The notes under the pieces were generated by a model. That model saw nothing but the letters and a program-made list of their open reading frames with translations. It was not told the DNA's origin and did no database searches. A stretch of 64,000 nt of DNA from Chrysomallon squamiferum (Eukaryota > Animalia > Mollusca). The DNA is taken from assembly GCA_012295275.1 (NCBI GenBank), contig CM022679.1, positions 6,262,001-6,326,000 of the forward strand. The letters are read 5' to 3'. Both the position numbers and the translations under genes were made by a program. Below are positions 14,585 to 34,687 of this stretch, one piece after another (within the stretch, counting starts at the first letter, position 1; each line of letters begins with the position of its first letter).

Positions 14585-14947
14585 CACCACCACCACCACC
14601 AACAACAACAACAATAATAATAATAATAATTCTCAGACTAAAAATTTTATCAGTTCGGTGAAAAAAGAAATTTTTTAATGTAAATTAAAGCTTACATTCA
14701 TTGATCTTTTTCATAACCTCTCTTGGAAACAAACAAACAAAAAAAGTGTGTGTGAGGGGCTTATTAGAAACTTAATTATTTGTTTTACTTTGTAAGTTAA
14801 AAATAAAAAGGCCACATTAACACGATTTTTAATATTCTATTATTTTCAGAAAAACCTGCCACGACAGATTCACAAAATGGCGAACACGTTAAACAGCCGA
14901 TTTCACAGCCAAGTGGCTCTTCTGAGAACATGACAACTGATTTTTAA
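53..14947 (+). CDS. Multi-exon Y/S/Q/P-rich protein (~940 aa) with polyproline tract and four ALP/PDLIM-like (DUF4749-type) S-F-R-x-L-Q motifs; probable sarcomere/actin-associated scaffold
   Basis: Phase-consistent GT-AG exons: 53-84 (frame open to the window edge, so the 5' end is uncertain), optional 218-298, 989-2738, 6221-6357, 7851-7967 or 7985, 10415-10617, 11779-11967, 12460-12579, 14081-14248, 14850-14947 (TAA). Exon 10415 encodes SETYRMVH...KQSMSFRVLQWM, resembling the PDLIM1/3 segment SxVYxML...QSxSFxVLQ. The protein ends ...MTTDF*. Confidence 0.8.
218..298 (+). CDS. Candidate cassette or alternative first exon of gene 1 (NMEKKALVRLLTLMLPNPENGITEED)
   Basis: tctcag| acceptor, consensus gtaagt donor, 81 nt, phase 2-2, stop-free and in frame with exon 989; internal ATG at 222. 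Confidence 0.45.
631..683. repeat. (ATT)n microsatellite
   Basis: Read directly from the sequence; boundaries approximate. Confidence 0.9.
903..953. repeat. (AC)n microsatellite just upstream of the acceptor of the large exon
   Basis: Read directly from the sequence. Confidence 0.95.
989..2738 (+). CDS. Large 1750-nt exon of gene 1 (low-complexity Y/S/Q/P region, RSQSREYQP repeats, polyproline)
   Basis: Lies within the 592-aa ORF 978-2756; acceptor tttcacag|A at 988/989 and donor CAG|gtaatt at 2738/2739; GC-richer than the flanks. Confidence 0.9.
4588..4638 (+). CDS. Candidate internal alternative first coding exon of gene 1 (MSDQLCQTQNWLPGSEQ)
   Basis: 17 codons starting at the ATG and ending CAG|gtgagg; phase 0 matches exon 6221; sits in a CpG-rich patch. 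Confidence 0.45.
9390..9540. repeat. Compound (ATTT)n/(ATT)n/(GTT)n/poly-T tract
   Basis: Read directly from the sequence; boundaries approximate. Confidence 0.9.
11234..11312. repeat. (GA)n microsatellite
   Basis: Read directly from the sequence. Confidence 0.95.
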
Positions 14948-17900
14948 ACGTTCATAATTTATTGACAGGTTTTGATTTATATACATTATACACTTCTTTC
15001 TGTACATCTTATCCACTACTGTTTTAATGTACGGAATTCATATCAATGAACAGTATATTAAGGGCAGACGGCGATATCACGTTTGATTTCGATTTTAGAC
15101 CACAAACGTGGACAAATCCAAGGGAGATAATTATGTAACGATAGCTTATTGACGACTGCCAGAATGTCACTCACTAACTGATTCGTATGTGAAACGGTTT
15201 CTTGTTTAATATATTATTAACAAATTTCATAGTACTATCTGTTCTTCGTTTCTGAACTTAATGTCTGCAAATTAGGTAAATGAGTTTGTTATAATTTTTA
15301 TGTTCATAATTAACAGAATATATGTCAAACCAGTTATTATTACTATTATTATTATTATTATTATTTTTTTTTTTTTATAGATCAGTTAAGTGCTTATTAA
15401 TAATGATCGCAAAAACATATTTTTTTCTTGTTAGAACATCTCATCATATATATATTTATATTATTTTTGTCATTTTAATTATTTTGTTAAATTGATTTAT
15501 ATTATTATTATTTTTTCAATTTATATATATATAATTTTTATTTTCTAGTGTTACATTAAAGCAACTTTCTTATTTTGGTAAAAGTATTGAATGTTTAGAA
15601 ACAGAATATTGCACCAGTCATAATTATTTCTTAAAATAAAATAGCTAGCCTTTTTAAAATGTTTTTTGATCAAGTTCAATTTTGCACATTTATTATTTTA
15701 TCCTTTTCATTTGTCAAAATAAGCATTAACTGTATTTTATTTACTAATGATTGTGTGTTTATTTCTAATTAGAAAATTAATCTTAGAATACATAAAAGCA
15801 AAGGTTTTATTAAAATGATGTTCCATTACATTTAGTATTTCTGAAGTAGTTATCTATTCATCAGAAATCCAGTTTAAACAAATTAAGTGCAAAATAAAAT
15901 TTTATACTGTTAATATATTGTAAATATGTTTAATTTGTAAGTACATGTATCTTGTTTTATAGAATGTTTGCTGTGGAATATTTTATTTGTGAAAATGCAA
16001 ATAATTGTATATAAAATATGAATGGAATTTGTTAATAGTGTGGACCCTCTCATTTTATTCTCTCTTTTATGATCTAGTCAAAGCATTTCTGAAAGTAACT
16101 ATACACAAACCAGTATACAATCTTTGCTCAATGAAAATCAATTAAATTATACAAGTGCAGTCTCATGGGCTGAGTTTGTTGAAAATAACTGTGGCTAATT
16201 TTTAGCATGCTTCAATGAAAGAACTGTTCATCCCTACAATTCTGACCATATCATAGATAAAAGACAACAGGATTATGGACATTCACATCTTATGATATGA
16301 GGTATAGGATAAACAAAAATAATAATTGAAAAAAAAGAACTTTCAGAAAATTGATTGCTTATGCCATTGTTAAGTATTTTAATTGAGAATGACAATTGCT
16401 AAAGCATGTATTTTAAAATTTTGTAAATTTTTACATAACTGTAATGTCATTATTATGTGTAAATCAATGTTAATTAGTGCTTATAAATGTATATGTAGTA
16501 CCAGTGTGTTTCATAATAGGTTCTGTGATCATGTACAAGCTGTTTTAACCACACAATACAGTAGGAATAATAATAAATTTAGTCTTGATTGACGTTTTAA
16601 CATTTTAACTGTGGTTATCAGTTAATTATGTTACATATTCAAAAACACACTGTATATATTTAAAATAAAGCATCAACTATCTGCTTTATAAAAATAAAAG
16701 GATGAAATGAAATCATCATTTTAGAATGCAGTCATTTTTTATATTAATAGGCATAGTTTACTCCACACGTGATCTTTGTTTTTACATCTTGTGAATTTAT
16801 TTATTAACTGTTACATGCTATATATATTTATTATATGCAGAACTGCCACAGCATAAAATTATTGAGTAAAACATGGATAGAATTATTTTAAGTAGAAACA
16901 GTATACATCTGACCAGATTTAAGTACAATAACAACATAAATACAGATAGAGTTGACAGACATAGCAAGAACAGTATGGTTAAGAGAGAACTGAATAATTC
17001 AGCAATAACAATAAATATAGACAGAAATGAATGACCGAAGTAACAATAACACAGACTGACTGAAAAAGCAATAGTAGAGGAAGAATATGTACACAATTGA
17101 TTTACAGCAATGATAAATATATGGATAGAGTTCAGTGAAAAAGTAATTTATTATGAAATAATTTAAAGGGCTAATTTAATATGTGACAACTCACAAAAAC
17201 TTGTGTCACAAATTGATACTGATAGAACATGTAAATGTTAGATTGATATTTAGATATTAAACCTATGTAATTCAGTCACCTTGTGACCAGCTGGAAACTA
17301 AAACATAAAATGCAGAGAGAATAATTTTAGTTTATAAAGTCTTAAAAGGAAAAGATACTCTCTAGCAGTAGACTTGCAAGTATAATCAAATTAATATATT
17401 TAACATTGCTTAAAGGGCAAAATGCAATAGTTATTTGTTTTTTCTGTTTTCATGGATATTAGTTTGCATATTTATATTGCTGAATGAACAAAATGAGATG
17501 TATAAACATGTACAGGTAGATTTTTTTAATTATTATGAATTGCTAATTTATTTGTGTTGTTTGAACAGAAATACCCAGTTTGGGATTGTTACATATTTAA
17601 CAACAGTGTGAGTTGACGCTACTCACTTGGTGTTATTCCAAGAGGGAATAAAGCATTAAAAGCACCTCGATGTTTTGTCTTCTTTTTGAAATGTCTTTCA
17701 TTTCTGTTAATATTTTTATTCTCTCTTTTTTTTTTTTTCTGCCTCTCTGTGCTGTTACTTCTTTTCCTTCCCCCCCTTTTTTTTAACTAACTCCAATACA
17801 TGTTTAGAACAGAAAAAGTGTATCATGAAGTGGAAACATATTTCAACATTACTTTTTATGTACAGGCTGGTAATACCTCAGTAGTTACAAATTATCAGGC

Positions 17901-19627
17901 TTTTTGTACAATAATGCTGTCTGACTGAGGAAACCTGCTCTGAGTTGCAAAGGATATTACATAATCTCTTCCCAAAATACCTTAAATGTGTTAGTCATGA
18001 AAAACAGGCCAGGTTACTGAAAAATTATCTGATGATCTGAAACATCTTATGTTCTTCCATTATAATAATTTTAAAAAGAAGACAAAGAACAAGAAAAAGA
18101 AACAGAAAATGAAAATGAAAAATATTCAAATTCACTATAAGGAAAGATTTTATTGCAGCAAGATACTTAGTTTTTGAATATTTTTTTAATGCAATATAAA
18201 AAATACTGTCAACAACAGGATTTGTTGAAAAATTCTCATGAATGGCCTTCAAGTTTCACTAAGAAGGGAGAATAACTAGTTAACTAGAGATTATTAATCA
18301 CTTCTTTTTCTGATTATTTGAATTATCAACTGATCATTTCAATGAAAGAAAACACCAATTCATTCACACATTTATTTCACTACATTCATATACATGATAC
18401 ATTTTTAAAATTTTATATATGTATAATTATATTAAATGGTATACATAATCAATTAGTGTTAGAAACACAAAATAATTTGTTTATTTAATATGTATTGCAT
18501 TCCAAGATAAAATTTTGTTTCTGATCTTTGCTAATAATAAAGTAACAAACTCATAGGGTTACATGCTAATTCACATTTTCTTTTTGGTGTAATTTATGTT
18601 GTTTCATAAATTCTGTTAGTAAAAACTCCCTTATGGACTAAGGGTACAATGAAGAGTACAATGTTTTACTTATTTCTTCATGTTGAAAGCCTTTATGCAT
18701 CCACATAAGATTTGCATCTTGTTGTGATACTTTATTATTAACAAAATTTAGAAATAATTACAACTTTAACTTAGAAGATCTGAATATACTAATAAAGATA
18801 CATAATTATAAAAAACATTTTTTAAATTTTTATAACAATAATAATACTGTTAAAAAAAAAAACTTGATCTTTGATAAATCCTGTAAATGTTAAGTCCAAA
18901 GAAAATGCCCACATCAGAGGATAAAATTATAAATTTTATTTACTTTTGAATCAACATTTTATTAACAATATATCTAAATATGCACAGAAATAAGTTAAAG
19001 ACTAAATAAACAAGTGTAGAAAAATGTGTAAAGGCTTTACATAAAGTTAAATATATTCACTGTTGCCAGACAGTTTTAAACAACCTGTAATTCATAATAT
19101 TTACTCAGAATAAACAAAACAGATGTACATCAATAACGATTTCTTTTCTGTAATATTAAAACATAATCTTCTTAAACATGATACAGAAATAGGAAATGTC
19201 ATGTCACTGAATGAAATTGTCCTTTGCAGTGATATGGGCCACAACAATGCATGTTATTTCAAAATAACACGATAGTAAATTTTTGGCTTGTGTTTGCATT
19301 GTTTATTGCAGTTGATATCTATCAGTAACTTGACATTAGTTTTCCAATATTGGTTTTCCATTTAGCAGGTTAAGAAAATAGCAGCCTGAATAATTCTTTA
19401 GATCTAAATATATTATAGTGTTACTTTCTTAATAAAGATTGCAATATTACAACAACAAAAAAAGAACTCTTTCAAAAAATAATCATTTGGAACACATTAT
19501 TAAAATGGTGATGCTTCGTAGCACTTCCCTAGGTACAATGCAAAAAATGCAATCTTGTTAATCCCTGATATATAAGATTATTTCTACATAAAACAAATCA
19601 GCTGATAAATGATTATGAACATGGTTA

Positions 19628-26468
<6,841 letters not shown>

Positions 26469-27084
26469 GTCGCTTAAATGAAGGGAGATAACTATACTGA
26501 TGATCGTGTGGATTTCCGAACCACTGCTATGAATGGTATCACATGTTATCATTTAATTTTAACTTTACTTAAACCTCAGGAACAGTTTTTTAAAATGGGG
26601 AAGAAAAAATGGAAAAGCTCCTTTACTAAAAGCATGTGCTACTGATTACATTTTGTTGCCTTTTTTATTTGTTGTTATAAGGGGTAATGGGGATAAGAAC
26701 TGGAATAATTTCCCCTATTACCAGATCAAAGTTAATGCGTTTTCAACTTTTGTGGGTCCGTTCAGGAGAAAAACTGTACATTATTCTTGGCAATACTGTC
26801 TTTTTTTCTTCTTTTTAAAAAAATTTAATCATGACATTTAATATATAAAATCATATATTTGAAGAATGACATTTACGATTTTCATGTTTTGGATACGGGG
26901 ACAACCTCAAAAAACTAACTTTTACAGCATAAAAAGATTCGTTTTATATTTTTGTTACTTCCATTATCTCTTTTTCATTCTGTTGTTCTTGTTGTTGTAT
27001 ATTTATTTATTTATTAGTTATTTAAAATGATAAAATAAATAAACATAAATTTGGACAGTAAAATCCTCATTCAAATTCAAACAA

Positions 27085-27125
<41 letters not shown>

Positions 27126-27875
27126 TCCCCCCCATTTATTAATATGTCTAATGAATGATATAAATTTTAATTTTTATTTTATTTTATTTTATATTTTTTT
27201 CTGTAATTTATTTAATTTATAATTTTTATTTAATTTTATTTTCAATATAATTTTTATTTTGTTTTTGTTTTTTTACATATATTCATAAAATCAAAATATA
27301 AAATTTAAAAAATATACTGTAATAATTCAAAACATTACAAAATACTTTCGTCAACAGTTGACATTAAATATATTTGGAAGTTTCTTTGTTATTTTATTTG
27401 TATTAAATCTTAATTTATTCTAATTTAATTATATTTAGTTCAAGTTTACTAAGTAGTGTGTTGAAAAATTATTGTAGCTGTTACTTAAAACCTTCATCAG
27501 ATTATATATAGCTTTAAGCAGCTTACAGTATTTTTATTATTTATTATTATTATTATTTTTAGGTTTTTTTTATAGATTTTTTTTATATATCTTTTTTATA
27601 TACCTATGCTAAAATTTGTATTTTTAATTAAAAAACTATTGTTTTCATAAAATTAAATGACTTATCATCAAAATAATAATCCAGCTGTCAGAAAGATTAA
27701 AATTATCCCTTCTAGCATACATATATCAAAACTGTAGTGACCTGTTTTTCCATGAAGCAGTTAGTTCTGTGTTAACTATTGTTAACAGTCAGACTTATTA
27801 ATGCTTACAGGCAGCTTTGTCAACAATGGATTTATTCAGGCCTGCATAATTGACTGAGCGGTTATGGTGTATGGC

Positions 27876-28030
27876 TGCAGTTACTCTTCGGTGACTACAG
27901 AATGTTCTTATTTTATGAAAGTTAGAAGGAAATTTTACCAGCTGTGTTGTGAGGAATACCAGAGTTGATATTTTACCTGGGAAAGTGGAGAAGATGAACA
28001 ATTCATGGCAAGAATAGAAATAATTAGGTA
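27876..28030 (+). repeat. Copy 1 of a diverged ~160-bp direct repeat (copy 2 at ~32081-32250)
   Basis: Shared blocks in the same order: TGCAGTTACT, TTTATGAAAGTTAGAAG, AATACC-GAGTT-ATATT, AGAAGATGAA, AATAATTAG. Confidence 0.7.
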
Positions 28031-30105
28031 GTTGTTTATTCTATGTGTATCGGACAAGTTAAGTGTTCTTATTGTGTATTGGAGTAAGAGTGTGTATTAA
28101 ACTGTGCATATTAGATTGTTAATATAATTATATTAAGACTATTCAGTTGTATTACAGTATTTATGCCTGTTTAGAGTGTGTATGTTTGTGATAATATATG
28201 TGTTTTGTGTGTGAATTTGTGCAGGAGTCTAAATAATTTAAAAAAATGTGTTGTCTTTTTCTTTTATCGTGTATGATGCATCTTTCTAACTATTAAATTT
28301 ATGAAATAAGATTTATTAATACTTGACCAGTTTATAATTTAATGAAAAGTGAATTAGATAAATATTATATAATTTATTAAAATATTTGTAATCATGTATA
28401 AAAAGATTTTTTATATTATTCAAATTATATCAAACATCTGTTGAGATACAAGCAGCTTAAATAAATGTTTTATTTGTGTCTCCAATCTTTTCTAAAAGTA
28501 AAGTATGACTGTAAAATAAAAGGCATGAAGAGACACATATCAATACTTTTTAGTTTTATAATTAGAAATGTCAAAAGAAAAAAATTATAACAACAAATTG
28601 ATGACTGAATAAATTACTGTAAAATTTCCATATTGTCATTCTGTCGAGAAGTTTATTTTTTTCTTCTTTACTTCAATTTTCTCTTTTATTTTTTAAATTT
28701 ATTCTATTTTATTTTATTTTATTTTTCTATTTTATTACTATTGAGAGTGTGTGTGTGTGCAAAAATTATTAAGAATTATTAATTTTTAGAAGTTTTAAAA
28801 TTAAAAATTTGTAAATGAATATTTTTATCTTTCTTACATTGCAAGACATAATGCAATTTCCTGTCATCATTTAAAAAAAAACACACGTTATACTTGTGCT
28901 ATGTTAACATTATCAAAATTTGGTTTTTTATATACATTTTAACAAATGAGTGAATGAATAATTGCTCATATTTAATGCCATTAAGAACACTTAGGGATCA
29001 ACAATATGGTTATAACATAACCAGTAAAAGATAGTTTTCATGTATATTCCCATAAAAAGGAAAATGTATTGTGATCATTTATGTGTACAAGTGGAAGCTG
29101 TAAGTTTGGTTTTGGTTTTATAATTATTAGGTTTAAAAACACTCTATATGTTGTTGAAAATGATTATTAAATCTTGTCAATATAGAAAGTGATGAATGAA
29201 TTGTGGATAAATTAACATAACTTATAAGTTACCTGAAACTTTAAAAACCAATGTTTAACAAATTTGATTATTTACAAACATAATATATTATTGTATAAAA
29301 AACAAATATTTGTTTTTATGCAGCTTTTTGAAATCTGATTTTCTTTTTTACTCTTGTGTTTCATTTATTTATTTTATTATGATTACTATATTTTTTTATT
29401 TTTTTAGTTTAAAAATATTAATTATTTTCTTGATACTTCTTTGAATATTTCTTTTCATTGCTACCTCTTTTTTTTTAAAAAAAATCTCAGTTCCATTTTT
29501 CACTTCTGATTTATTCTTTCTGTGAACAATAATTTTTCTTCCTCAGAAACTGCAGTTAGAGTTTGACAGGTAGTATCCATTGTGAACAGAGTACTTGAGG
29601 CTGGGATTATACAGGTCTCAGTACAGCAGATTAATCATTGTTTTTTATATAATAGGTGGCTTGTTGCTAATAAGATTAACTATTTATATACAGAATGTGG
29701 TTTATGATGTTAAATAACTTTAAATTGTCCTCACCTATGTTTTGCTTCATTTAGCCATAACTGAGACAGAATTAATATTAAAATTACAAACTAATTATTT
29801 CATTCTTGTAATGAATAAACAAAATTTAATAAGAAAATTAAAGACATAAAATTGACTGCCTCTGGTTATATGATTAAGGTATATTTGTTAGAAATCAATT
29901 CAAGTATGCTTTGTATGGGTGCTAACTTTGAAAGTTTCTGAGGTTTTCCTTAATTGCAGATATTTTACATTCATCTTTCTGCATTCTGTGATAAATTGGT
30001 TATTCACCACCATCGTGATAAAGAATGGAATGTTAGTTGGCAAATATTTCTACTCAGTAAAAACATTTTTTTCTTTTATTTAAGGTCTCTGTTTCCTTTC
30101 TGACT

Positions 30106-30240
30106 TTTATTTATTTATTTATTTTATTTTATTATATTATATTTTATTTTATTTTATTTTATTTTATTTTATTTTATTTTATTTTATTTTATTATTTTAT
30201 TTTATTTTATTTTATTTTATTTTATTTTATTTTATTTTTT
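30106..30240. repeat. (ATTTT)n pentanucleotide repeat
   Basis: Read directly from the sequence; boundaries approximate. Confidence 0.9.
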
Positions 30241-32080
30241 TTTTTGAGGCTTCACTGGATATTCATATGTTTTGTTTGAGTTTTGTTATTTTATTATTCC
30301 TGCACAAATGTATATTATTCAGATATGTCATGCATGTATGTTTATATTTGAAAGTTGGAAGAATGGGGCTGTCTCTACACTAATGTGTATATAAATTCAA
30401 AATATATTTAGTAAACAAAATGGTTATACACAAGAAGCTTTATAGACTGAGAAATACATACAGGTATTTTATTTTAAATCTCCAGTACATTCTGTGGGAA
30501 TGAATTATTAAGCTCTACAGGTTTGAACAAATAATGGAAAAGAAAATTTCTAAAAGTTGAGAAAGTAAATTTTTGAAGTTTATCTTTGTATCAAAATGGG
30601 ATTGTTTCTCTACAGAAGTAAAAAAATGTTTGAGTTAAGAGGGTTGTTTCATTTGTTGAAAGGAAAATACAAAAGGATCATGTGTCAGAAAAAAATAACA
30701 TTTTATCATTTCCTTTTGTGTTTTATTGTAACATAAATCAAATTATAAAAGTCATGGCTTTGCTAATCTTTGTTTTGCCTGTTTATAATTAATGTTTTCA
30801 CCAGTATGTGAATATCTGAGTTTTTTTTATATTGTACATTTTTCAATGGTGATTATATTCCTTCAGGTAAAATCTTACGTGAGTATTTATAAAAGTCAAG
30901 TATAAATAATTCAATATAATTTATCATATTTGTTTTCTTCAGTGACCTGGTTTAGTGTATTAATAATTTAAACAATTCACCATAATAAAAAACAGTTAAA
31001 CTATATCTATATATACATTTATATATATCAAATGTATATTCAATGCATTTTATAATTCACGTTTTAATTGTTATTTATTTATTCAGTTATTAATTAATTG
31101 ATGTTTATTATTATTATTATGTATTTTCTTGTTTCTGTAAGACCATTTTCAGTTACTATTTGATTTGATTTTTTTTTTTTTTAAATTAAATCCTGTATAA
31201 GGTAATGTTTCATTATTTGTAAGTTGACATGTTAAAATTGTAAATATGCCAATATTCAAAATTTTTAAAAGTTGTGGTTTGTAGTAAATTCTCTCATAAA
31301 TGTAAATATTTTATCATTAACATGATAACAGAAAGAAACTAGCATAAAATTTATAAAATAGTTGACCCCGGTGATTAACAATAATGCATGAACAGTACTG
31401 TAAGTAGATATTTTAATGTGTCAAAAGCTGACAGTTAAAATGCCACAAGTTATTGTTAGTAGATATCTTTTCAGTACTAGTAACAGGTAAATGTATTTTG
31501 GTAAATAATGGAATATCATAGATATTGTACTAAAGCAACATTAAGGTACAGAATTGTAGTTACATACATAATTTTAATTAATTAACATTATACAATTTTA
31601 GTTTTAATTCAAATGCATAAATCAGAAAATAGTGACAAAATTCAGTAAGTAATGTTAATGTTTTGTGACAATAAATATAAAAGATATTGAATATTTACTT
31701 ATCTAACATTTATTACTACTTATAATAAGAAGCTCCATAACCCAGCTATTTTTTGTTTTACCTGTGCGCAGCAAATACTCTATAACATCCATTTTGTTTA
31801 TTTGGTTAAAATTTTATGGTCTTAAAATTGATTTTGGTTTACTGGAAATGTTCCTAATAAAATTTTGTTAGATATTTTATTAAATTTATTTGCCTTATAT
31901 ATAATCTAAACTTATTAAGATATTTTAATGATTGATATATCAAGTTTTTTGCATAATTTTAAGCTTTCTAATATTTGATTAACAGTAGGTGAGTTAACAA
32001 TAAGTACAATGGATTTATTTTATTTTATTTTAGTTGATGTGTTTTTAGGGTGTTTTTTTTGTCTTTTTTGGGGGGATGAT

Positions 32081-32250
32081 TGCAGTTACTGTTCAGAGGC
32101 TTCCATTCAGGAAAAAGTATTTTATTTATGAAAGTTAGAAGCATAATCTATTGTCCCTTCAAGCTGCATAGGGAAAAATACCTGAGTTCATATTCTTCTT
32201 GCAAAAGTTCAGAAGATGAATGATCTATAGCAATAATAATAATAATTAGA
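32081..32250 (+). repeat. Copy 2 of the diverged direct repeat upstream of the dachs coding region
   Basis: Same ordered blocks as 27876-28030. Confidence 0.7.
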
Positions 32251-32602
32251 AAATTAGTTTTTTTTTAAAATTAATGTACACGTGGGTTTCTTTTTTTCTT
32301 TTTCTTTTGTCTCAGCAATTTTTTTAAATTAAAAAGTTAGTTATGATACTTTTATGAAAAAAAAGATTTAATGTACTTTTTTGTAGAGAGAAGCATTAAG
32401 TGGAATGTTTATTTTAATATCCCAGCAGCTGAACTGAAAATAATACACTTTCACTAGCTAGTAGTCAGTCAGTGAGCCAGTTACAGCTTTGCCTATGAGG
32501 TAGTTTCAGCAGTATTTTACATTTATCATAAAGCTAATGTTAACTCTTTTATTTTTAATTAATCTACAGTTCCTGCCATGACAATGACTGGATGGCTGAA
32601 GT

Positions 32603-34651
32603 ATGAGTGGATACACAAGAGTTGATGATCTCACACATTTGGTGGGACCTTTAACAGAGGAAAGCATTGTGAGATGTCTACAAGCCAGGTTCTACAGTCA
32701 GCAGTACCAGGTTATAATCAGTGTTTGAAGCTTTAATTTTTTTTTATTCAGTTATTAAATTAGATGATAATTTCTCTAGATATGCAGCAAACAGTAAATT
32801 TTGATGAAGAATCCATCTGAAAAAATCAGTGATGCATATTTTAAAATCTTAATGATATTATTTTCTAATAATTATAGTTCAGTCAAGTAAAAATAAAACC
32901 CAAATAGTATTTTTAGTCTTTTATTGTTATTGTTTGTTACATATCACAATTTTTAGATCTAGATGTAGTAAAATAGTGTAAAATATATATTTGGGAACAT
33001 TCTTAGAATTGTAAGAGTCCTGTTATTAAGATAGACAATATGAAAAGACTTAAAATAATTTATATTTTTCAATAGGAAAAGTTTTATTTAGAAAAATTAT
33101 TATATTGACATGTTTTTTAAATATCTTTAGACCAAGTTAGGTGCTGGTCTGGTTAGTGTCAATCCATTTCATCACTGTCAGGGAACCAAAAGTCTACAAG
33201 ATCAGTCATCAGGGAATCACCTGTTACAGGGAGTAGTGCACAGTGTTTTAACACACCATGCAGACTCTGGACATTCGCAGGTGGTTCTTGTTAGGTGAGC
33301 CAGACTAGTTTATATTGCCTGTACAGACTGAATAAGAAACTTTGTTTACCTCCAGATTATCTTTTTGTGACTGTGTGTGTGTGTGTGTGTTTGTGTGTGT
33401 GTGGATAGATAGCTATAGTCACATTTCCCTGGTAAGACAAGCACAGGTCATGGTCTGGTAACACTTTTTTTTACAGGTCCTGGTCAAAACAGAAGACAAC
33501 CCATGGTGTGCACTAAACAGATCTAATTCTTTAATTCTTTTACTTTAAAAAAATATATAAATGCAAGAAAACTTCAAATTCTAGAAAATGCTAAGATAAT
33601 AATATACAAGAAATGTTATTTGGAGAGTAAACTTTTGCAGTGTATTATATAATTATATTGACAGTGCTATATAATTATGAACAAAGTTCTGATGGAAGAA
33701 ATCATAAAATGGTTATGTCCTTTTATAAATTTCTATAAACTCTACTTGTAGTGGAGAAAGTGGAAGTGGTAAAACATATTGTGCCTTGCAACTGCTGCGA
33801 CATCTGTTTGATGAGGCTGGGGGAGGCACCCAGGCTGACATTTTTAAACATGTTTCAGCAACCATGACAGTGCTGGAGTCATTATGTTCTGCAGCTACAG
33901 CAGCAAATACAGAAAGTACACGAGTGGTAAGAAAAATAATTAGAATTCATCTGTTTTTGTAATATAATATTTTAATTTTTAAATTTAGACAAATTAAATT
34001 AGCTTTGTTGATTAAATAAATCAGGTGCCTTTAAACGTGCTTCATTTTTAGGAAAAATGTCTTTTTTCTTATTTAATTTTGTTGTTTTTTCTCTATAGGG
34101 TATGTACATAGAAAATCTGACATCTGACTGTGTAATATATAGGACAAAGATTCACTGTTTGTTTGTAGATCAGGTAAGAAAAGTCATGTCATGTTTCAAT
34201 TTTGTCTTAAGATCCATTTACTAACATTAAATTGAAAAAAAAAAAAAAAATAGCTAAAGATAAAATTATTTATTCAAGTTAAAATAATTACAGTGCCTTT
34301 TTAAAGTGTTTTTCAGATGTTTGTTAATGTAAAATAAATATGTAGTGTCTGCAGTGTCTATGTTTCTAATGATTTTTATAATGACCTTGTATTTTTATTT
34401 ATTTTATTTTACTTTATTTATTTTAAAGGGACGAGTAAGCAGTGTACCCAGGGGAGAGAAAAACTACCACATTTTTTATCAGATGTTGGCAGGACTATCA
34501 AATGATGAAAAAAGTAATTTTGCACAGTTATTATTTAAATAATATTTTCTTAATTACTGTCATTTGTAGTTACTATAGAATATTTTTTTAATGTTTCTCC
34601 AAAACAAAAAAGAAAGAAAAACAAACATCTACATGAACATGAACATGAACA

Positions 34652-34687
<36 letters not shown>

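Noticed and set aside
29547-29570. Possible dachs 5' UTR micro-exon (cctcag|...GACAG|gtagta)
   Set aside because: Splice-like signals only, which cannot be distinguished from chance without transcripts.
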